A stretch of 64,000 nucleotides of DNA from an uncultured cyanobacterium (GTDB lineage Bacteria > Cyanobacteriota > Cyanobacteriia > Cyanobacteriales > Cyanobacteriaceae): positions 1 through 64,000 of the forward strand of contig CAVVOP010000011.1 in assembly GCA_963749915.1 (NCBI GenBank). The letters run 5' to 3'. Position 1 is the stretch's first letter, and each line of letters begins with the position of its first letter. A program made the translations under genes and the position numbers. This document shows, piece by piece, positions 32,082-42,784 of this stretch. The notes below the pieces were generated by a model, which was not told the origin of the DNA, made no database searches, and worked only from the letters and a program-made list of their open reading frames with translations.

Positions 32082-32954
32082 ATGGAATGTATCGTCAATC
32101 GTCGGGGAAAATTTAGTGCCAGTCATCGTTATTGGTTGCCAGAGTTATCAGAGGCGGAAAATCAAGCCAAATTTGGAGCCAATAGTCGTTTTCCAGGGCA
32201 TGGACATAATTACGTGTTATATGTATCCATTATCGGTGAACTAGATAAATATGGCATGGTGCAAAATCTTTCTGAAGTAAAAAAAGTCATCAAACAGGAA
32301 GTAACAAGCCAACTAGACTACAGTTATCTTAATGATACATGGATAGAGTTTCAACAAACTTTACCCACTACTGAAAATATCGCAAAGGTAATATGGGAGC
32401 GTTTATCACCTCATTTACCATTGGCAGATATACAATTATACGAACATCCTCAACTTTGGGTTAATTATAAGGGAAATAATATGGAAGCTACTTTAACTGT
32501 TCAAACTCATTTTAGTGCGGCACATCGTCTTGCTTTACCTGACTTAAGTTTTGAAGAAAATAGCGAAATTTATGGCAAATGTGCACGTCCCAATGGTCAC
32601 GGTCACAATTATCATTTAGAAGTATCTGTAACCGGTGAAATGGATAATCGCACTGGTATGATAGTTGATCTGGGTGCTTTACAAAGAGTGATCGATGATT
32701 ATGTAGTAGAGCCCTTTGATCATACATTTCTTAACAAAGATATTCCTTATTTTGCACAAATTGTGCCCACTGCAGAAAATATTGCCGTTTATATAGCTCA
32801 ATTATTACAAGAGCCAATCAGTAGATTAGGTGCAGAACTGGATAAAGTAAAATTAATTGAAAGCCCGAATAATTCTTGCGAAATTTTCTGCCGTAAATCG
32901 AGCTTAAATAGCGAAAAGAAAAGCAAATCTACTTTTCAGCCCGTTTTAGCTTGA
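32082..32954 (+). CDS. queD: Tandem-domain 6-carboxytetrahydropterin / 6-pyruvoyl-tetrahydropterin synthase
   Basis: Two PTPS domains, each with FSA(S/A)HR, GHGHNY and PT(T/A)ENIA. Confidence 0.85.
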   Translation: MECIVNRRGKFSASHRYWLPELSEAENQAKFGANSRFPGHGHNYVLYVSIIGELDKYGMVQNLSEVKKVIKQEVTSQLDYSYLNDTWIEFQQTLPTTENIAKVIWERLSPHLPLADIQLYEHPQLWVNYKGNNMEATLTVQTHFSAAHRLALPDLSFEENSEIYGKCARPNGHGHNYHLEVSVTGEMDNRTGMIVDLGALQRVIDDYVVEPFDHTFLNKDIPYFAQIVPTAENIAVYIAQLLQEPISRLGAELDKVKLIESPNNSCEIFCRKSSLNSEKKSKSTFQPVLA

Positions 32955-33095
32955 TTTTTAATATTTAGGTTCTTTACCCCCCATTTTGGGGGACGAAATT
33001 ATTCTCTGTAATATCGAATTAACATTGAGATCACCAAGTGACACTTTGGGATCCCAAGGATACTAAATGGTTTCTATAGGACACTTACTATAAAG

Positions 33096-34592
33096 TTAAG
33101 TTAGTCTTAATTGATTACGGGAAGCTAAACGAGCTTTTCCCGATGTTGCCCAATTTTGCAAAAACTCAATCTGTTCCTTGGCAGTACGAGCTAAGGGTAT
33201 AATTTGACTAGCGGCGGTTAATATATCATCGGTGGTAAAGTCTCGATTTTGACTAAAGCCTAAGTGCATCGCTTCAATGATGGTTTGCTCAATTTCGGCC
33301 CCTGAAAATTCGGGAGTTTCATAGGCTAATCGTTTAATATCATAGCTTTTGAGGTTATGGGGACGCAATCTAGTTAAATGCACATTGAAAATCGCTTCCC
33401 TTTCTTCTTGGCTAGGCAATCCCACAAAAAATATTTCGTCAAATCGTCCTTTTCTGAGAATTTCTGCCGGTAAACTTTGAATATTATTAGCGGTGGCTAC
33501 CACAAAAACGGGGCTTTCTTTTTCCGCTAACCAAGTAATAAATGTGCCAAACACCCGGCTAGTTGTGCCTGAATCCCCTTTACCATCAGCACCAGCAAAA
33601 CTCTTATCGATCTCATCAATCCATAAAATACAGGGGGATAAGGCCTCTGCTAGGTTGATCATCTGACGGGTGCGAGACTCGGATTCCCCCACCAATCCCC
33701 CAAATAGTCGCCCTACATCTAAGCGTAGTAACGGCAAGTGCCAATGGTGTGCGATCGCCTTTGCGGTTAAAGATTTTCCTGTACCTTGAATGCCCACTAA
33801 TAGTAATCCTCTGGGATATGGTAGCCCGTAAGCCCTTGCAGATTCACTAAAGGCACCACCCCGTCTCAATAACCATTCTTTGAGATTATCTAAACCGCCG
33901 ATGTCGGATATTTGTTCTTTGGCTGGATAGTAATCAAGGATTTGTGTTTGTCGTATGGACTGTTTTTTCTCCTCTAGTATCAGTTCTACGTCTTCTTCCT
34001 CTAATGTCCCATTTTGAGCGATCGCCCGTGTCAGGACCCTTCTAATGCGTTCTAGGGAGAGTCCTTGGGCGGATCTCACTAATTCTCCTAAAAATTGTTG
34101 ACTAAGAGATTGCCCCGTAGATGATAATAGCCGTTGAATTTCGTATTTGATTTCTTCGGCTTGGGGTAAGGCAAACTCAACGATAGTAAAGACTTCTTTT
34201 AATTCTGTGGGAAGGTTAATTTCTGGGGCGACTACCACAATATTTTTCGGTTGTGCCTTCAAAATTCGGGCTAAATTACGCAATTTACGGGAAACGGAAA
34301 TATCCTCCAAAAATCGGTGAAAATCCCTTAAAATAAAGATTCCCCCCGTATTAGAGGGCAATTTTTCAATAAATTCAAGGGCTTGTAAAGGGTTCCGTCT
34401 GCCAAAATTCGCATTATTAGGATTATCTTGATAGCCGTCAACGAAATCCCATGTATAGATGTTGCGATTATTGGCATTTTTCCCCACCGTTGCGATCGCC
34501 TTTTCAACTCTTTCTTCTTCTTGGGTAGGGATATAAATAAGAGGGTAACACGCCCTTAATAACAGTGAAAATTCTTGACTAAATTGATTCAT
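33096..34592 (-). CDS. ycf46: Ycf46-type AAA+ ATPase
   Basis: GIQGTGKS, LVGESESRTR, WIDEIDK, LRKGRFDEIFFV. Confidence 0.88.
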   Translation of the reverse strand: MNQFSQEFSLLLRACYPLIYIPTQEEERVEKAIATVGKNANNRNIYTWDFVDGYQDNPNNANFGRRNPLQALEFIEKLPSNTGGIFILRDFHRFLEDISVSRKLRNLARILKAQPKNIVVVAPEINLPTELKEVFTIVEFALPQAEEIKYEIQRLLSSTGQSLSQQFLGELVRSAQGLSLERIRRVLTRAIAQNGTLEEEDVELILEEKKQSIRQTQILDYYPAKEQISDIGGLDNLKEWLLRRGGAFSESARAYGLPYPRGLLLVGIQGTGKSLTAKAIAHHWHLPLLRLDVGRLFGGLVGESESRTRQMINLAEALSPCILWIDEIDKSFAGADGKGDSGTTSRVFGTFITWLAEKESPVFVVATANNIQSLPAEILRKGRFDEIFFVGLPSQEEREAIFNVHLTRLRPHNLKSYDIKRLAYETPEFSGAEIEQTIIEAMHLGFSQNRDFTTDDILTAASQIIPLARTAKEQIEFLQNWATSGKARLASRNQLRLT

Positions 34593-34629
34593 TTTGTTTA
34601 TTTGTCAAAGGTCTAGGAAGGATCTAGGT

Positions 34630-35130
34630 CTAGGGGGGATCTATAAGACTAGCAAGACTCGACCAACGACCATCTTTAGTTGTAATATCTTCTTTCTCCT
34701 TGATCATTGGAGGTTGACAGTTGTTACCACAAAGGTTGCGCAGTGGCATCGCTAGAGATAATTGCTCATAAATCCAATCATCGACAATTAAGTTACCATC
34801 AGGGGGTAAAGTCTCGGAAAGATCTTCGGTGATAATTTCTCTTTCCAAAGGTAAGTTTAGATCTGATTCTTGCTCTTTCAATAAAATAATCTCCGAAGTA
34901 TCTACTTCTAAACGATAGTTAAAAGTTTGTAAACAGCGATCGCAGGATAAAGTTAAGATGGTATCGGCTTGTAATTGTAGCTCTAAAAAGTTACCCCGAT
35001 GGGCAACCTGAAAAACGCCTCTGACCGGAGTAAGACTATTTAAGCCCGAAATTTGATGATTCAACTTAATTTCCTCTTTTTGTTCGGGCATTTTCAACAA
35101 TCGAGGGATATAAATTTTTTCCATGATCAA
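34630..35130 (-). CDS. YceD/DUF177 protein
   Basis: CDRCLQ, YEQLSLAMP...C...C, DGRW..L. Confidence 0.88.
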   Translation of the reverse strand: MIMEKIYIPRLLKMPEQKEEIKLNHQISGLNSLTPVRGVFQVAHRGNFLELQLQADTILTLSCDRCLQTFNYRLEVDTSEIILLKEQESDLNLPLEREIITEDLSETLPPDGNLIVDDWIYEQLSLAMPLRNLCGNNCQPPMIKEKEDITTKDGRWSSLASLIDPP

Positions 35131-35165
35131 CGCTATTGATAAGGTTTTTGGTGGACAATACCCAC

Positions 35166-35801
35166 CTACTTATGATTCTGTAACCACTGACGAAATTCTC
35201 TTAATAAGGCATTTTCCCCCATTTGTTTACGCTTTTGTAAAAATCTGAGAACATCTTTTTTTGTCAAAATTGACAATACATTAGATCGATCGTGCAGTTC
35301 ATAGACTCCGTTTTGTAATACATAAATAAATAAGTCCTCACCATCAAATCGCCACACTTCACCAATGCCAAGACTAGCATAAATACTTAATCGATCCAAA
35401 GAGCTGCTGGTAATATCAATTTCAAGGGCTAAATCTGGAGGAGGATTTATATTCAAGTCAAAATCTAACTTCCCTCGAATGATGGCCTCATTAGTGATGT
35501 AATAACACTCATCAGGTTCAATACCTCGTTGTAAATCTTCCCGACTCCATGTCGTCGAACCCAAACTAAAGATCTCCAACCCTAAAAATTCTGTTGTTGT
35601 TTCCACTATGCGCCCCAAAAACCTCTTGTTAAGCTCATGTTCTGGTAAGGGAGTCATAATTTCCAATATGCCCTGATTATAGGTCAATTTTTTACTGGGA
35701 TTTTCAGCTAAATCCAAAGCCAAAGCCTGATAAGTTTCCCACCCTATGCCTGTTAAAAGGGATCGAGTTTCTGCTTGACGTATATTATTGATAACTTTCA
35801 T
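35166..35801 (-). CDS. Uma2 family endonuclease
   Basis: LEIMTPLPEHE, EPDECYY, PPDLALEIDITS. Confidence 0.92.
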   Translation of the reverse strand: MKVINNIRQAETRSLLTGIGWETYQALALDLAENPSKKLTYNQGILEIMTPLPEHELNKRFLGRIVETTTEFLGLEIFSLGSTTWSREDLQRGIEPDECYYITNEAIIRGKLDFDLNINPPPDLALEIDITSSSLDRLSIYASLGIGEVWRFDGEDLFIYVLQNGVYELHDRSNVLSILTKKDVLRFLQKRKQMGENALLREFRQWLQNHK

Positions 35802-35895
35802 GATTACAATTCGGGGTTCGAATAGAGGACAAGTTTTGGACTAAAAGATTGGGAGGAATAGTTAATATTGTTAATTGTTAATTGTTAATTGTTAC

Positions 35896-36387
35896 TTATT
35901 CTCTTAATTTAACCAGTAAACGCCGATCAGGCTCATTTCCCTGACTTTCGGTGGACAAATCTCCCGATTTCTCCAGAATGCTATGAATTTGGCGACGTTC
36001 TACCGATGATAGATACCGTATTTCCTCAGGTACACCCGTTACACGCACTTTTTCTGCTGCTTTTTGGGCGATGGCCATTAATTCCGCCTGACGACGAAGA
36101 CGATAGCCATTTAATTCCACAGTAAAGAAACGATGAGAACCCTCTTCCACAGAGATATTCAGCAAAGCATTGACTAAATATTGAATCGCATCAATAGTTT
36201 CCCCTTTTTTTCCCGTTAAGGTTTCAATTTTGGCTAAATCTAAAGTACTTTCATCAATGGTAAGCCAACAGGAAATAACTTGATCCCCATTTTCCTCTAG
36301 TCTGCCTAAATTAACGTTAGCAGGAACACCCATTAATTTTAAAAGAGTTTCCAACCATTTTTGACCCCGTTGGATTTGTTCATCCAT
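35896..36387 (-). CDS. Jag/KhpB-like RNA-binding protein (KH + R3H)
   Basis: G..G..IDAIQYL, ERRQIH, ESQG.EPDRRL; downstream of yidC. Confidence 0.88.
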   Translation of the reverse strand: MDEQIQRGQKWLETLLKLMGVPANVNLGRLEENGDQVISCWLTIDESTLDLAKIETLTGKKGETIDAIQYLVNALLNISVEEGSHRFFTVELNGYRLRRQAELMAIAQKAAEKVRVTGVPEEIRYLSSVERRQIHSILEKSGDLSTESQGNEPDRRLLVKLRE

Positions 36388-36411
36388 AATTGATATAAAA
36401 AATATGATTGA

Positions 36412-37557
36412 TTATGAAGTTTTTTCTTTCTTTTTCTGACTTTTTTTCTCAAAAGGAATTTCTTCCCTACCCCTAGCAGCCTTTTCCCTTTCTTCCACTA
36501 TTTTTTGAATATTCTCTGGTAATGGTTCACGAGTTAAAATCAGAGTTTGAATAGTTTGGAAAACGTTGGCAATAACTATATACATTAAAACCCCCGCAGG
36601 AAGTGGGAAAAATAAAAACATCCCCGAAAAGATTACGGGAGTAATTTTATTAACGGTTTGTTGTTGATCACTACCGGAAGGAGTTTGACCACTACCTGAT
36701 AATTCTTGGTTTAGATAAATACTTAAACCAAAAAAGATCACCATTCCTAAAATATCCCAGTTAATCGAACCATCTTCACCAGTAACACCAACTCGGCCCA
36801 AGGCTTTAATGAATAAAAATCCTTTGTCGGCGGCAATACCCGGAATGGTAACTTGAATGGTAGCGTCCCCCGTAGCTAAAGCCGTAATTTCCCCATTTTC
36901 ATTAACGGTAACTCTTTCTTCACCTTTGGTTACCTGCCAATGAGGTTGTAAATGACTATCAGGATATTGAGCAACTAAATCCTGTAATGATTTACCTTCG
37001 ATGGTTTGAAACTCAATTTTTTGGGTTTCACCAACGGTTAATTTATTTCCTGTGGGCAAAATCGCCGTAATTTTATTATGCACTCCATCATTGATAAAGA
37101 TATTTTGAGACTTAGTGCTATAGGCTTCAGGTTGAATACGTTCTATTTGTTCTTGAGGAAAAATCTGTACATCGACAGTGTAGTTAATGTCTGAAAAAGG
37201 GGATCCTCTCAGGGTTGCAAATAAAGCAAATAAAATGGGCATTTGTAACAACAAGGGAAGGCATCCAGCCAGAGGATTACCAAACTCTTGCATTATTTTC
37301 GCCATTTCCTCCTGTTGTTTTTGAGGATTATCTTTATATTTTTTTTGTATTTCTTCCTGTCTTTGTTTCATCAAAGGCTGAGTAATGCGCATTTTTCTCA
37401 TATTGCGGATTTGTCCAGCACTGAGGGGATAAACGGCAAATCTCACCACTAAAGTGAGGGCAACAATTCCGAAACCATAACTAGGCACAATCCCGTAGAA
37501 AAAGTCGAGGATTGGCAACATAATATTAGTTGATATAAAACCTATACCAAAATCCAT
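36412..37557 (-). CDS. yidC: Membrane protein insertase YidC
   Basis: [27 protein letters not shown]. Confidence 0.96.
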   Translation of the reverse strand: MDFGIGFISTNIMLPILDFFYGIVPSYGFGIVALTLVVRFAVYPLSAGQIRNMRKMRITQPLMKQRQEEIQKKYKDNPQKQQEEMAKIMQEFGNPLAGCLPLLLQMPILFALFATLRGSPFSDINYTVDVQIFPQEQIERIQPEAYSTKSQNIFINDGVHNKITAILPTGNKLTVGETQKIEFQTIEGKSLQDLVAQYPDSHLQPHWQVTKGEERVTVNENGEITALATGDATIQVTIPGIAADKGFLFIKALGRVGVTGEDGSINWDILGMVIFFGLSIYLNQELSGSGQTPSGSDQQQTVNKITPVIFSGMFLFFPLPAGVLMYIVIANVFQTIQTLILTREPLPENIQKIVEEREKAARGREEIPFEKKSQKKKEKTS

Positions 37558-37655
37558 TGTAATCTCTTTGATTTACTATATTTTTAATTCTAAACAGATA
37601 TTAATTGATAACGATAACCTTTCGTTGGTAATTGCTAATTGCCAATTGTTCATGG

Positions 37656-38048
37656 TTATTGTGCGATGGCATCCTTCGGACGGCCAGTTTTATCCGCTGC
37701 CCGTTCGGTAATATAATCATAAATTTCACGAAAACGGGGAACAGCACGCATTTCCAAACGGCTTCGGTCCTTGAGTGTCACCACAATATCGCCCCACAAA
37801 CCTAAACCTCTGGGTACTTTGACCACTTTAACAATTTCTGAGTAAATAATATCAGTACGGTCTTTACCCATCCATCCGCCGGTGATGGAAATTCGACGAT
37901 CAGTAATACGAAATCTTAACCAAATAGCACGAACGATCGCCCCAACGGTGAGAGGGAGACAGATAACCGTAAAAGCCAATAAAATATTGAAAATGAGATC
38001 CCCGATGTGAGGTCCACCTTCATAAAAAACGTCTTCTCTAATTCCCAT
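37656..38048 (-). CDS. Bacterial PH-domain protein
   Basis: YEGGPHIGDL, RFRITDRRI; conserved position between rnpA and yidC. Confidence 0.85.
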   Translation of the reverse strand: MGIREDVFYEGGPHIGDLIFNILLAFTVICLPLTVGAIVRAIWLRFRITDRRISITGGWMGKDRTDIIYSEIVKVVKVPRGLGLWGDIVVTLKDRSRLEMRAVPRFREIYDYITERAADKTGRPKDAIAQ

Positions 38049-38403
38049 GGATTATTTCCGCTCTAATTAATAACTGTTCTAATTCTCTCAAAAAATGTTC
38101 ATAATTGCATTCTTGAGCTGATGGTTTCACGATAACAACAATAAGCCAAGGAGAGGAGATATTCGGCAGTAAACACCGAAATGCTGATCTGATTTGTCTT
38201 TTAATGCGGTTGCGAACTACAGCTTTTTTGCTAACTTTGCGACTAATAGAAATACCTATTTTTGTGTCCATAGGTTGGGCAAAATTTTCGGTCACTGGTA
38301 AAGCTCGAATAATGAGATAATGACCAGAGCGGCGAATACCCTGCTGATAAACAGATTGAAAATCCCACCGCCGTTTAAGTCTATGGCGTGATGGTAGTCC
38401 CAC
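38038..38403 (-). CDS. rnpA: Ribonuclease P protein component
   Basis: GISISRKVSKKAVVRNRIKR. Confidence 0.96.
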   Translation of the reverse strand: MGLPSRHRLKRRWDFQSVYQQGIRRSGHYLIIRALPVTENFAQPMDTKIGISISRKVSKKAVVRNRIKRQIRSAFRCLLPNISSPWLIVVIVKPSAQECNYEHFLRELEQLLIRAEIIHGN

Positions 38404-38481
38404 CTAAATTTATGATAATTACAATAAAAAAATGAGAGATAGTGATTCTAAGGGAATAAGAAATACAAAATTAACAATAAG

Positions 38482-38619
38482 TTATACAGACAATCTTTTT
38501 CTACCTTTGCTACGACGAGCTTGAATCACTTTACGACCATTTTCCGTTCTCATCCTTGCACGAAAACCAGAGGTTCTTCTTTGTTTACGTCTTGTGCCAT
38601 TTAAAGTATGTTTACTCAA
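38482..38619 (-). CDS. rpmH: 50S ribosomal protein L34
   Basis: Manual: TTG start, [53 protein letters not shown]. Not in the ORF track. Confidence 0.96.
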   Translation of the reverse strand: MSKHTLNGTRRKQRRTSGFRARMRTENGRKVIQARRSKGRKRLSV

Positions 38620-38754
38620 CGGTTTTTCCTCCTTAAATTTAGTTAATTTAAAAAACAGCAATAACCATTATATGCTAGATTTACTAACCACGTCTATATT
38701 CGATGAACAATTGACAATGGATAATCAATAAACTCCTAAAATTTCAAACATATT

Positions 38755-38910
38755 TTAATTAAACTTTGCTTTTGCTTCTAAATAAAGTTTCGCAGTAATA
38801 AGCGTTTCTCCCTTATCACTGACAAACTTTTCAATTTTCTTCCTAGCCGCAGGACGTACGAAAAAAGGTATTTCCTTTAATTTTGCCTCAGCTTCTGGTG
38901 TCCATTCCAT
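38755..38910 (-). CDS. Stand-alone PCP_red domain protein (51 aa)
   Basis: Manual: MEWTPEAEAKLKEIPFFVRPAARKKIEKFVSDKGETLITAKLYLEAKAKFN; similar to the ChlB C-terminus. Confidence 0.85.
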   Translation of the reverse strand: MEWTPEAEAKLKEIPFFVRPAARKKIEKFVSDKGETLITAKLYLEAKAKFN

Positions 38911-39011
38911 GGTTTTTTGTTATATTTAACTAAATTATTACAAGGCTAATAATATCTCAAAGATCGTGATTTTCCCTAAGTCATTAACTATAAAATAATA
39001 ACAGTCAGATT

Positions 39012-39662
39012 TTGAATAGTCGCTTAATTCTTAAAGAAACATTATTATCAGAAATTAAAAACCTCGCCAAAAATCGTGAAATTAACCCTGAATATCCTAT
39101 TACAGATTCAATGTTATCCCCTTCCGAAGTGAGGAACATTGAGCAAATAACTGTCAATTTAGAGGGTTATAATCCCTTTCCTAAACCGTTATTTAATGGA
39201 GTTAATTTATTAGATGGAATCTGGCAATTACATTATTCAACAGCTAGGGAAATTAGGTCTTTAAATAAATTACCTTTAGGCTTTAAATTACAACAGGTTT
39301 ATCAAATAATAGACACTCAAAAAGCTTCATTTTTTAATATTGCTTTTGTAAAACATTCTTCAGGTTTAATCAAGGGATATGTTAAAGTAACCGCTACTTT
39401 TGCTCCAAAAATAGAAAATAACGAAATTTTACCCAAAGATATAATTAATGTAAATTTTGAAAAACGTTTTCTTTCTATTACAAAAATAGCGGGAATAAAA
39501 ACACCAATATTAGATCCAGTTAAAGTATTTAACGCCCGTAATCCTGAAGGAAGAATCCCCAGTTTAAAAGTTACTTATATTGATGAGTCTTTAAGGATTG
39601 GGAGAGGTGGCGATGGTAGTTTATTTATTCTTTCTAAGCAAGGAAAAATGATTGATGATTAA
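39012..39662 (+). CDS. PAP/fibrillin family protein
   Basis: LLDGIWQL.YST, VTYIDE.LRIGRGGDGSLFIL. Confidence 0.88.
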   Translation: MNSRLILKETLLSEIKNLAKNREINPEYPITDSMLSPSEVRNIEQITVNLEGYNPFPKPLFNGVNLLDGIWQLHYSTAREIRSLNKLPLGFKLQQVYQIIDTQKASFFNIAFVKHSSGLIKGYVKVTATFAPKIENNEILPKDIINVNFEKRFLSITKIAGIKTPILDPVKVFNARNPEGRIPSLKVTYIDESLRIGRGGDGSLFILSKQGKMIDD

Positions 39663-39810
39663 AAGGTGAATTTTATTCTTATGTCCCAAATATGAGTTAA
39701 TTACTTTAATTAAGAGAAATTATGATTATCCAGTATCTATTATTAGTTAATAAAAGTTAACTTTTTTATTGTTTTTTAACCACAACTACTCTGAAAGAGC
39801 CTTAAATTTT

Positions 39811-40215
39811 ATGACTCACGATCTAAATAAAGCCTTGACCATACTTAAACAATATAGTTGTATAGAAGTAAAAATGGTCAATTCTGATGCAGAAAAACAA
39901 CAGTTACAAGAGGCGTTAAAATTAATAGTTAGTTTATCTGATAATCAAAATTTCGGTATTTGTGCTTCCACCACCACAGAAGCCTTTAATACTTTAAAAA
40001 ATTATTTACAAGCATTAGGATATAGTGAGGATATCGGGAACAATTTACCCAAAGAAGATAAGCCCGTTTATGTTAAATTTAGTACTGAAAGAAACTCCTA
40101 TAATTTAAGTGATTATCTAGGGGGGTATCGGGGAGTTTTAATTACTATTTTTGCTGATTTTGAGGATAAAATTGTCGGGACTTATGGTCATTTACCTTTG
40201 GATTTATTTCCCTAA
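39811..40215 (+). CDS. DUF1824 family protein
   Basis: FGICA, VYVKF, Y.G.YRGVLI, GTYGHLPLDLF. Confidence 0.8.
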   Translation: MTHDLNKALTILKQYSCIEVKMVNSDAEKQQLQEALKLIVSLSDNQNFGICASTTTEAFNTLKNYLQALGYSEDIGNNLPKEDKPVYVKFSTERNSYNLSDYLGGYRGVLITIFADFEDKIVGTYGHLPLDLFP

Positions 40216-40293
40216 ATTTTCATTCATAAGTTTCAATAATAAGCATCTTTAATTTGGGTTGGCATTGTATAAAAATCTTTTAACCTTTTTTAC

Positions 40294-40476
40294 TCAATTT
40301 TCATCAAAAGACCATCCTATAAAAATAATAATTGTGCTTAATAATATTATTGCTAAGTAATGACCTATGCCGCTGAATATATTCAGTAAAGGAACGGTTA
40401 TAAAGTTAAAACTGATTTTGTTGAAGACGAAAATAAAAAAGACCACAAACAACAAAATAATCATGATGAAAAACAT
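40294..40476 (-). CDS. Possible small membrane protein
   Basis: 60 aa with two hydrophobic stretches; fills an intergenic gap with no overlap. Confidence 0.4.
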   Translation of the reverse strand: MFFIMIILLFVVFFIFVFNKISFNFITVPLLNIFSGIGHYLAIILLSTIIIFIGWSFDEN

Positions 40477-40543
40477 TATAATTCTACCGTTAAGATATTA
40501 TAGAAAATAAATAACTGTTTAAAATTTATTTAAAAGATTAACA

Positions 40544-42616
40544 ATGACTACTATAAGCAATCCCTTATTAATCGGTGAAGGATTACCTCCATTTAATGAT
40601 ATTAAATCTGATGATATCATTCCAGGCATTAAACAATTATTAAGGGAATTAGATGGGGAATTAGGCCAACTAGAGGCTATTGTTCAACCCACATGGCAGG
40701 GTTTAGTTGTGCCTTTGAATCGCCTAGAAGATAGACTGCGATGGAGTTGGGGCATTATTGGGCATCTGATGGGCGTTAAAAATAGCCCTGAATTGCGATC
40801 CGCTTATGAAACTATACAACCTGATTTAGTACAATTTGCCAACAAATTAAGTCAAAGTAGGGCTTTATATGAAGGGTTTACCAAGATTCGGGATAGTCAA
40901 GAATGGGATAGTTTCGAGTCGGCACAAAAAAGAATCATCGAGGCGGCTATCAAAGAAGCGGAGTTATCGGGGGTTGCCTTAGAAGGAGATAAAAAAGAGC
41001 GTTTTAACCAAATTCAGTTAAAATTAGCGGAATTATCGACAAAATTCGCCAATAATGTTTTAGATTCTACTAAAGCCTTTAAATTAAGACTCACGACTCC
41101 CGAAGAAATCGATGGTTTACCTGCTAGTTTACTCAGTTTATCAGCACAAACAGCTAGAAGTGAAGGAGATGAGAATGCTACTCCTGAAAGTGGTCCTTGG
41201 GTGATAACCTTAGATTATCCTAGTTACGTGCCTTTCCTTAAGTTTAGTAAAAAGGAGGATTTAAGAGAAAAAGTGTATCGGGCGTTTATTAGTCGTGCTG
41301 GAAGCGGAGAATTTGACAATAACCCCTTAATTAATCAAATTTTGACCTTAAAACAGGAATTAGCCCAGATTTTGGGTTATTCTAACTATGCTGAGGTCAG
41401 TCTTGCTAAAAAAATGGCGGATAGTGTGGAGGCTGTCGAAAAATTATTGGAAGAATTGCGAGTTGTCAGTTATCCCGCGGCCGTCAAGGAGTTGAAAGAG
41501 TTAAAAGAGTTTGCCAAAATTGATGACTTAAAACCTTGGGATGTGAGTTTTTGGGCAGAAAAGCAGAGAGAAACTAAGTTTAATTTTACAGAGGAAGAAT
41601 TACGCCCTTATTTCCCCTTGAATCAGGTGTTGGAGGGTTTATTTGCCTTAGCAAAACGGATTTTTGGAGTGAATATTACTCCTGCCAATGGAAGTGCACC
41701 AGTTTGGCATGAGGATGTCCAATATTTTCAAGTTGCCGATGAAAGTAACGGAATTATCGCCCATTTTTACCTTGATGCCTATTCCCGACCATCGGAAAAA
41801 AGAGGTGGTGCATGGATGGATGATTGTTTGGGAAGGGCAAAATTTGAGAAAAATGGCCAGGTTATCACCCGTCTCCCTGTGGCTTATTTGACTTGTAACC
41901 AAACACCACCTATTGATGGGAAGCCTAGCTTAATGACTTTTGCGGAGGTAGAAACTTTATTCCATGAGTTTGGCCATGGCTTACAGCATATGTTAACGGT
42001 GATTGACTATTCAGGTGCATCGGGAATTAATAATGTGGAATGGGATGCGGTGGAGTTGCCTAGCCAGTTTATGGAAAATTGGTGTTTGGAGAAAAATACC
42101 CTCTTTGGCATGGCAAAGCATTACGAGACGGGGGAAACTTTGCCTTATCACTATTATGAAAAATTGTTGGCTTCTAAAAATTACATGAGTGGCTCGGTTA
42201 TGTTGCGTCAACTCCATTTGAGTCTCGTGGATTTGGAGTTACATTCTCGTTACCAACCAAATAGTGGTGAAACTCCCCATCAAGTAAGGGATCGCATAGC
42301 TAAAGTAACTACAGTTATGCCACCATTACCCGAAGATCAACTTTTATGTAGCTTCGGGCATATTTTCGGCGGTGGTTATGCGGCCGGTTACTATAGTTAT
42401 AAATGGGCAGAAGTTCTCAGTGCGGACGCGTTTTCGGCTTTTGAAGAGGTGGGCTTGGAAGATGAATCGGCCATGGCCAAAGTGGGCAGACGTTTTCGGG
42501 ATACGGTGTTAGCATTGGGTGGTAGTTTATCCCCCATGGAGGTCTTTAAACTATTTCGAGGCAGACAACCAAATACTGAGCCTTTATTAAGACATAGCGG
42601 ACTGTTAGCTGCGTAA
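40544..42616 (+). CDS. prlC: Oligopeptidase A (M3 family)
   Basis: KRGGAWM, FHEFGHGLQH, DAVELPSQFMENW, GYYSYKWAEVL. Confidence 0.95.
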   Translation: MTTISNPLLIGEGLPPFNDIKSDDIIPGIKQLLRELDGELGQLEAIVQPTWQGLVVPLNRLEDRLRWSWGIIGHLMGVKNSPELRSAYETIQPDLVQFANKLSQSRALYEGFTKIRDSQEWDSFESAQKRIIEAAIKEAELSGVALEGDKKERFNQIQLKLAELSTKFANNVLDSTKAFKLRLTTPEEIDGLPASLLSLSAQTARSEGDENATPESGPWVITLDYPSYVPFLKFSKKEDLREKVYRAFISRAGSGEFDNNPLINQILTLKQELAQILGYSNYAEVSLAKKMADSVEAVEKLLEELRVVSYPAAVKELKELKEFAKIDDLKPWDVSFWAEKQRETKFNFTEEELRPYFPLNQVLEGLFALAKRIFGVNITPANGSAPVWHEDVQYFQVADESNGIIAHFYLDAYSRPSEKRGGAWMDDCLGRAKFEKNGQVITRLPVAYLTCNQTPPIDGKPSLMTFAEVETLFHEFGHGLQHMLTVIDYSGASGINNVEWDAVELPSQFMENWCLEKNTLFGMAKHYETGETLPYHYYEKLLASKNYMSGSVMLRQLHLSLVDLELHSRYQPNSGETPHQVRDRIAKVTTVMPPLPEDQLLCSFGHIFGGGYAAGYYSYKWAEVLSADAFSAFEEVGLEDESAMAKVGRRFRDTVLALGGSLSPMEVFKLFRGRQPNTEPLLRHSGLLAA

Positions 42617-42627
42617 TTTTCCCTAAA

Positions 42628-42650
42628 TCCCCGTTCTTGGGGACTTTTTT
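42628..42650 (+). terminator. Intrinsic terminator after prlC
   Basis: TCCCC-GTTCTT-GGGGA followed by CTTTTTT. Confidence 0.55.
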
Positions 42651-42784
42651 CCATTTATCTCATATTATTCACTTTCCCCACGTCAAAATATGTTCATAAT
42701 GAAAATTGGGGTTGCAAATGACCAATATTAAAAGAGAAATTAGCTATTAAAAGACTTTCATTGTTTACTGTTCATGGATAAAAA

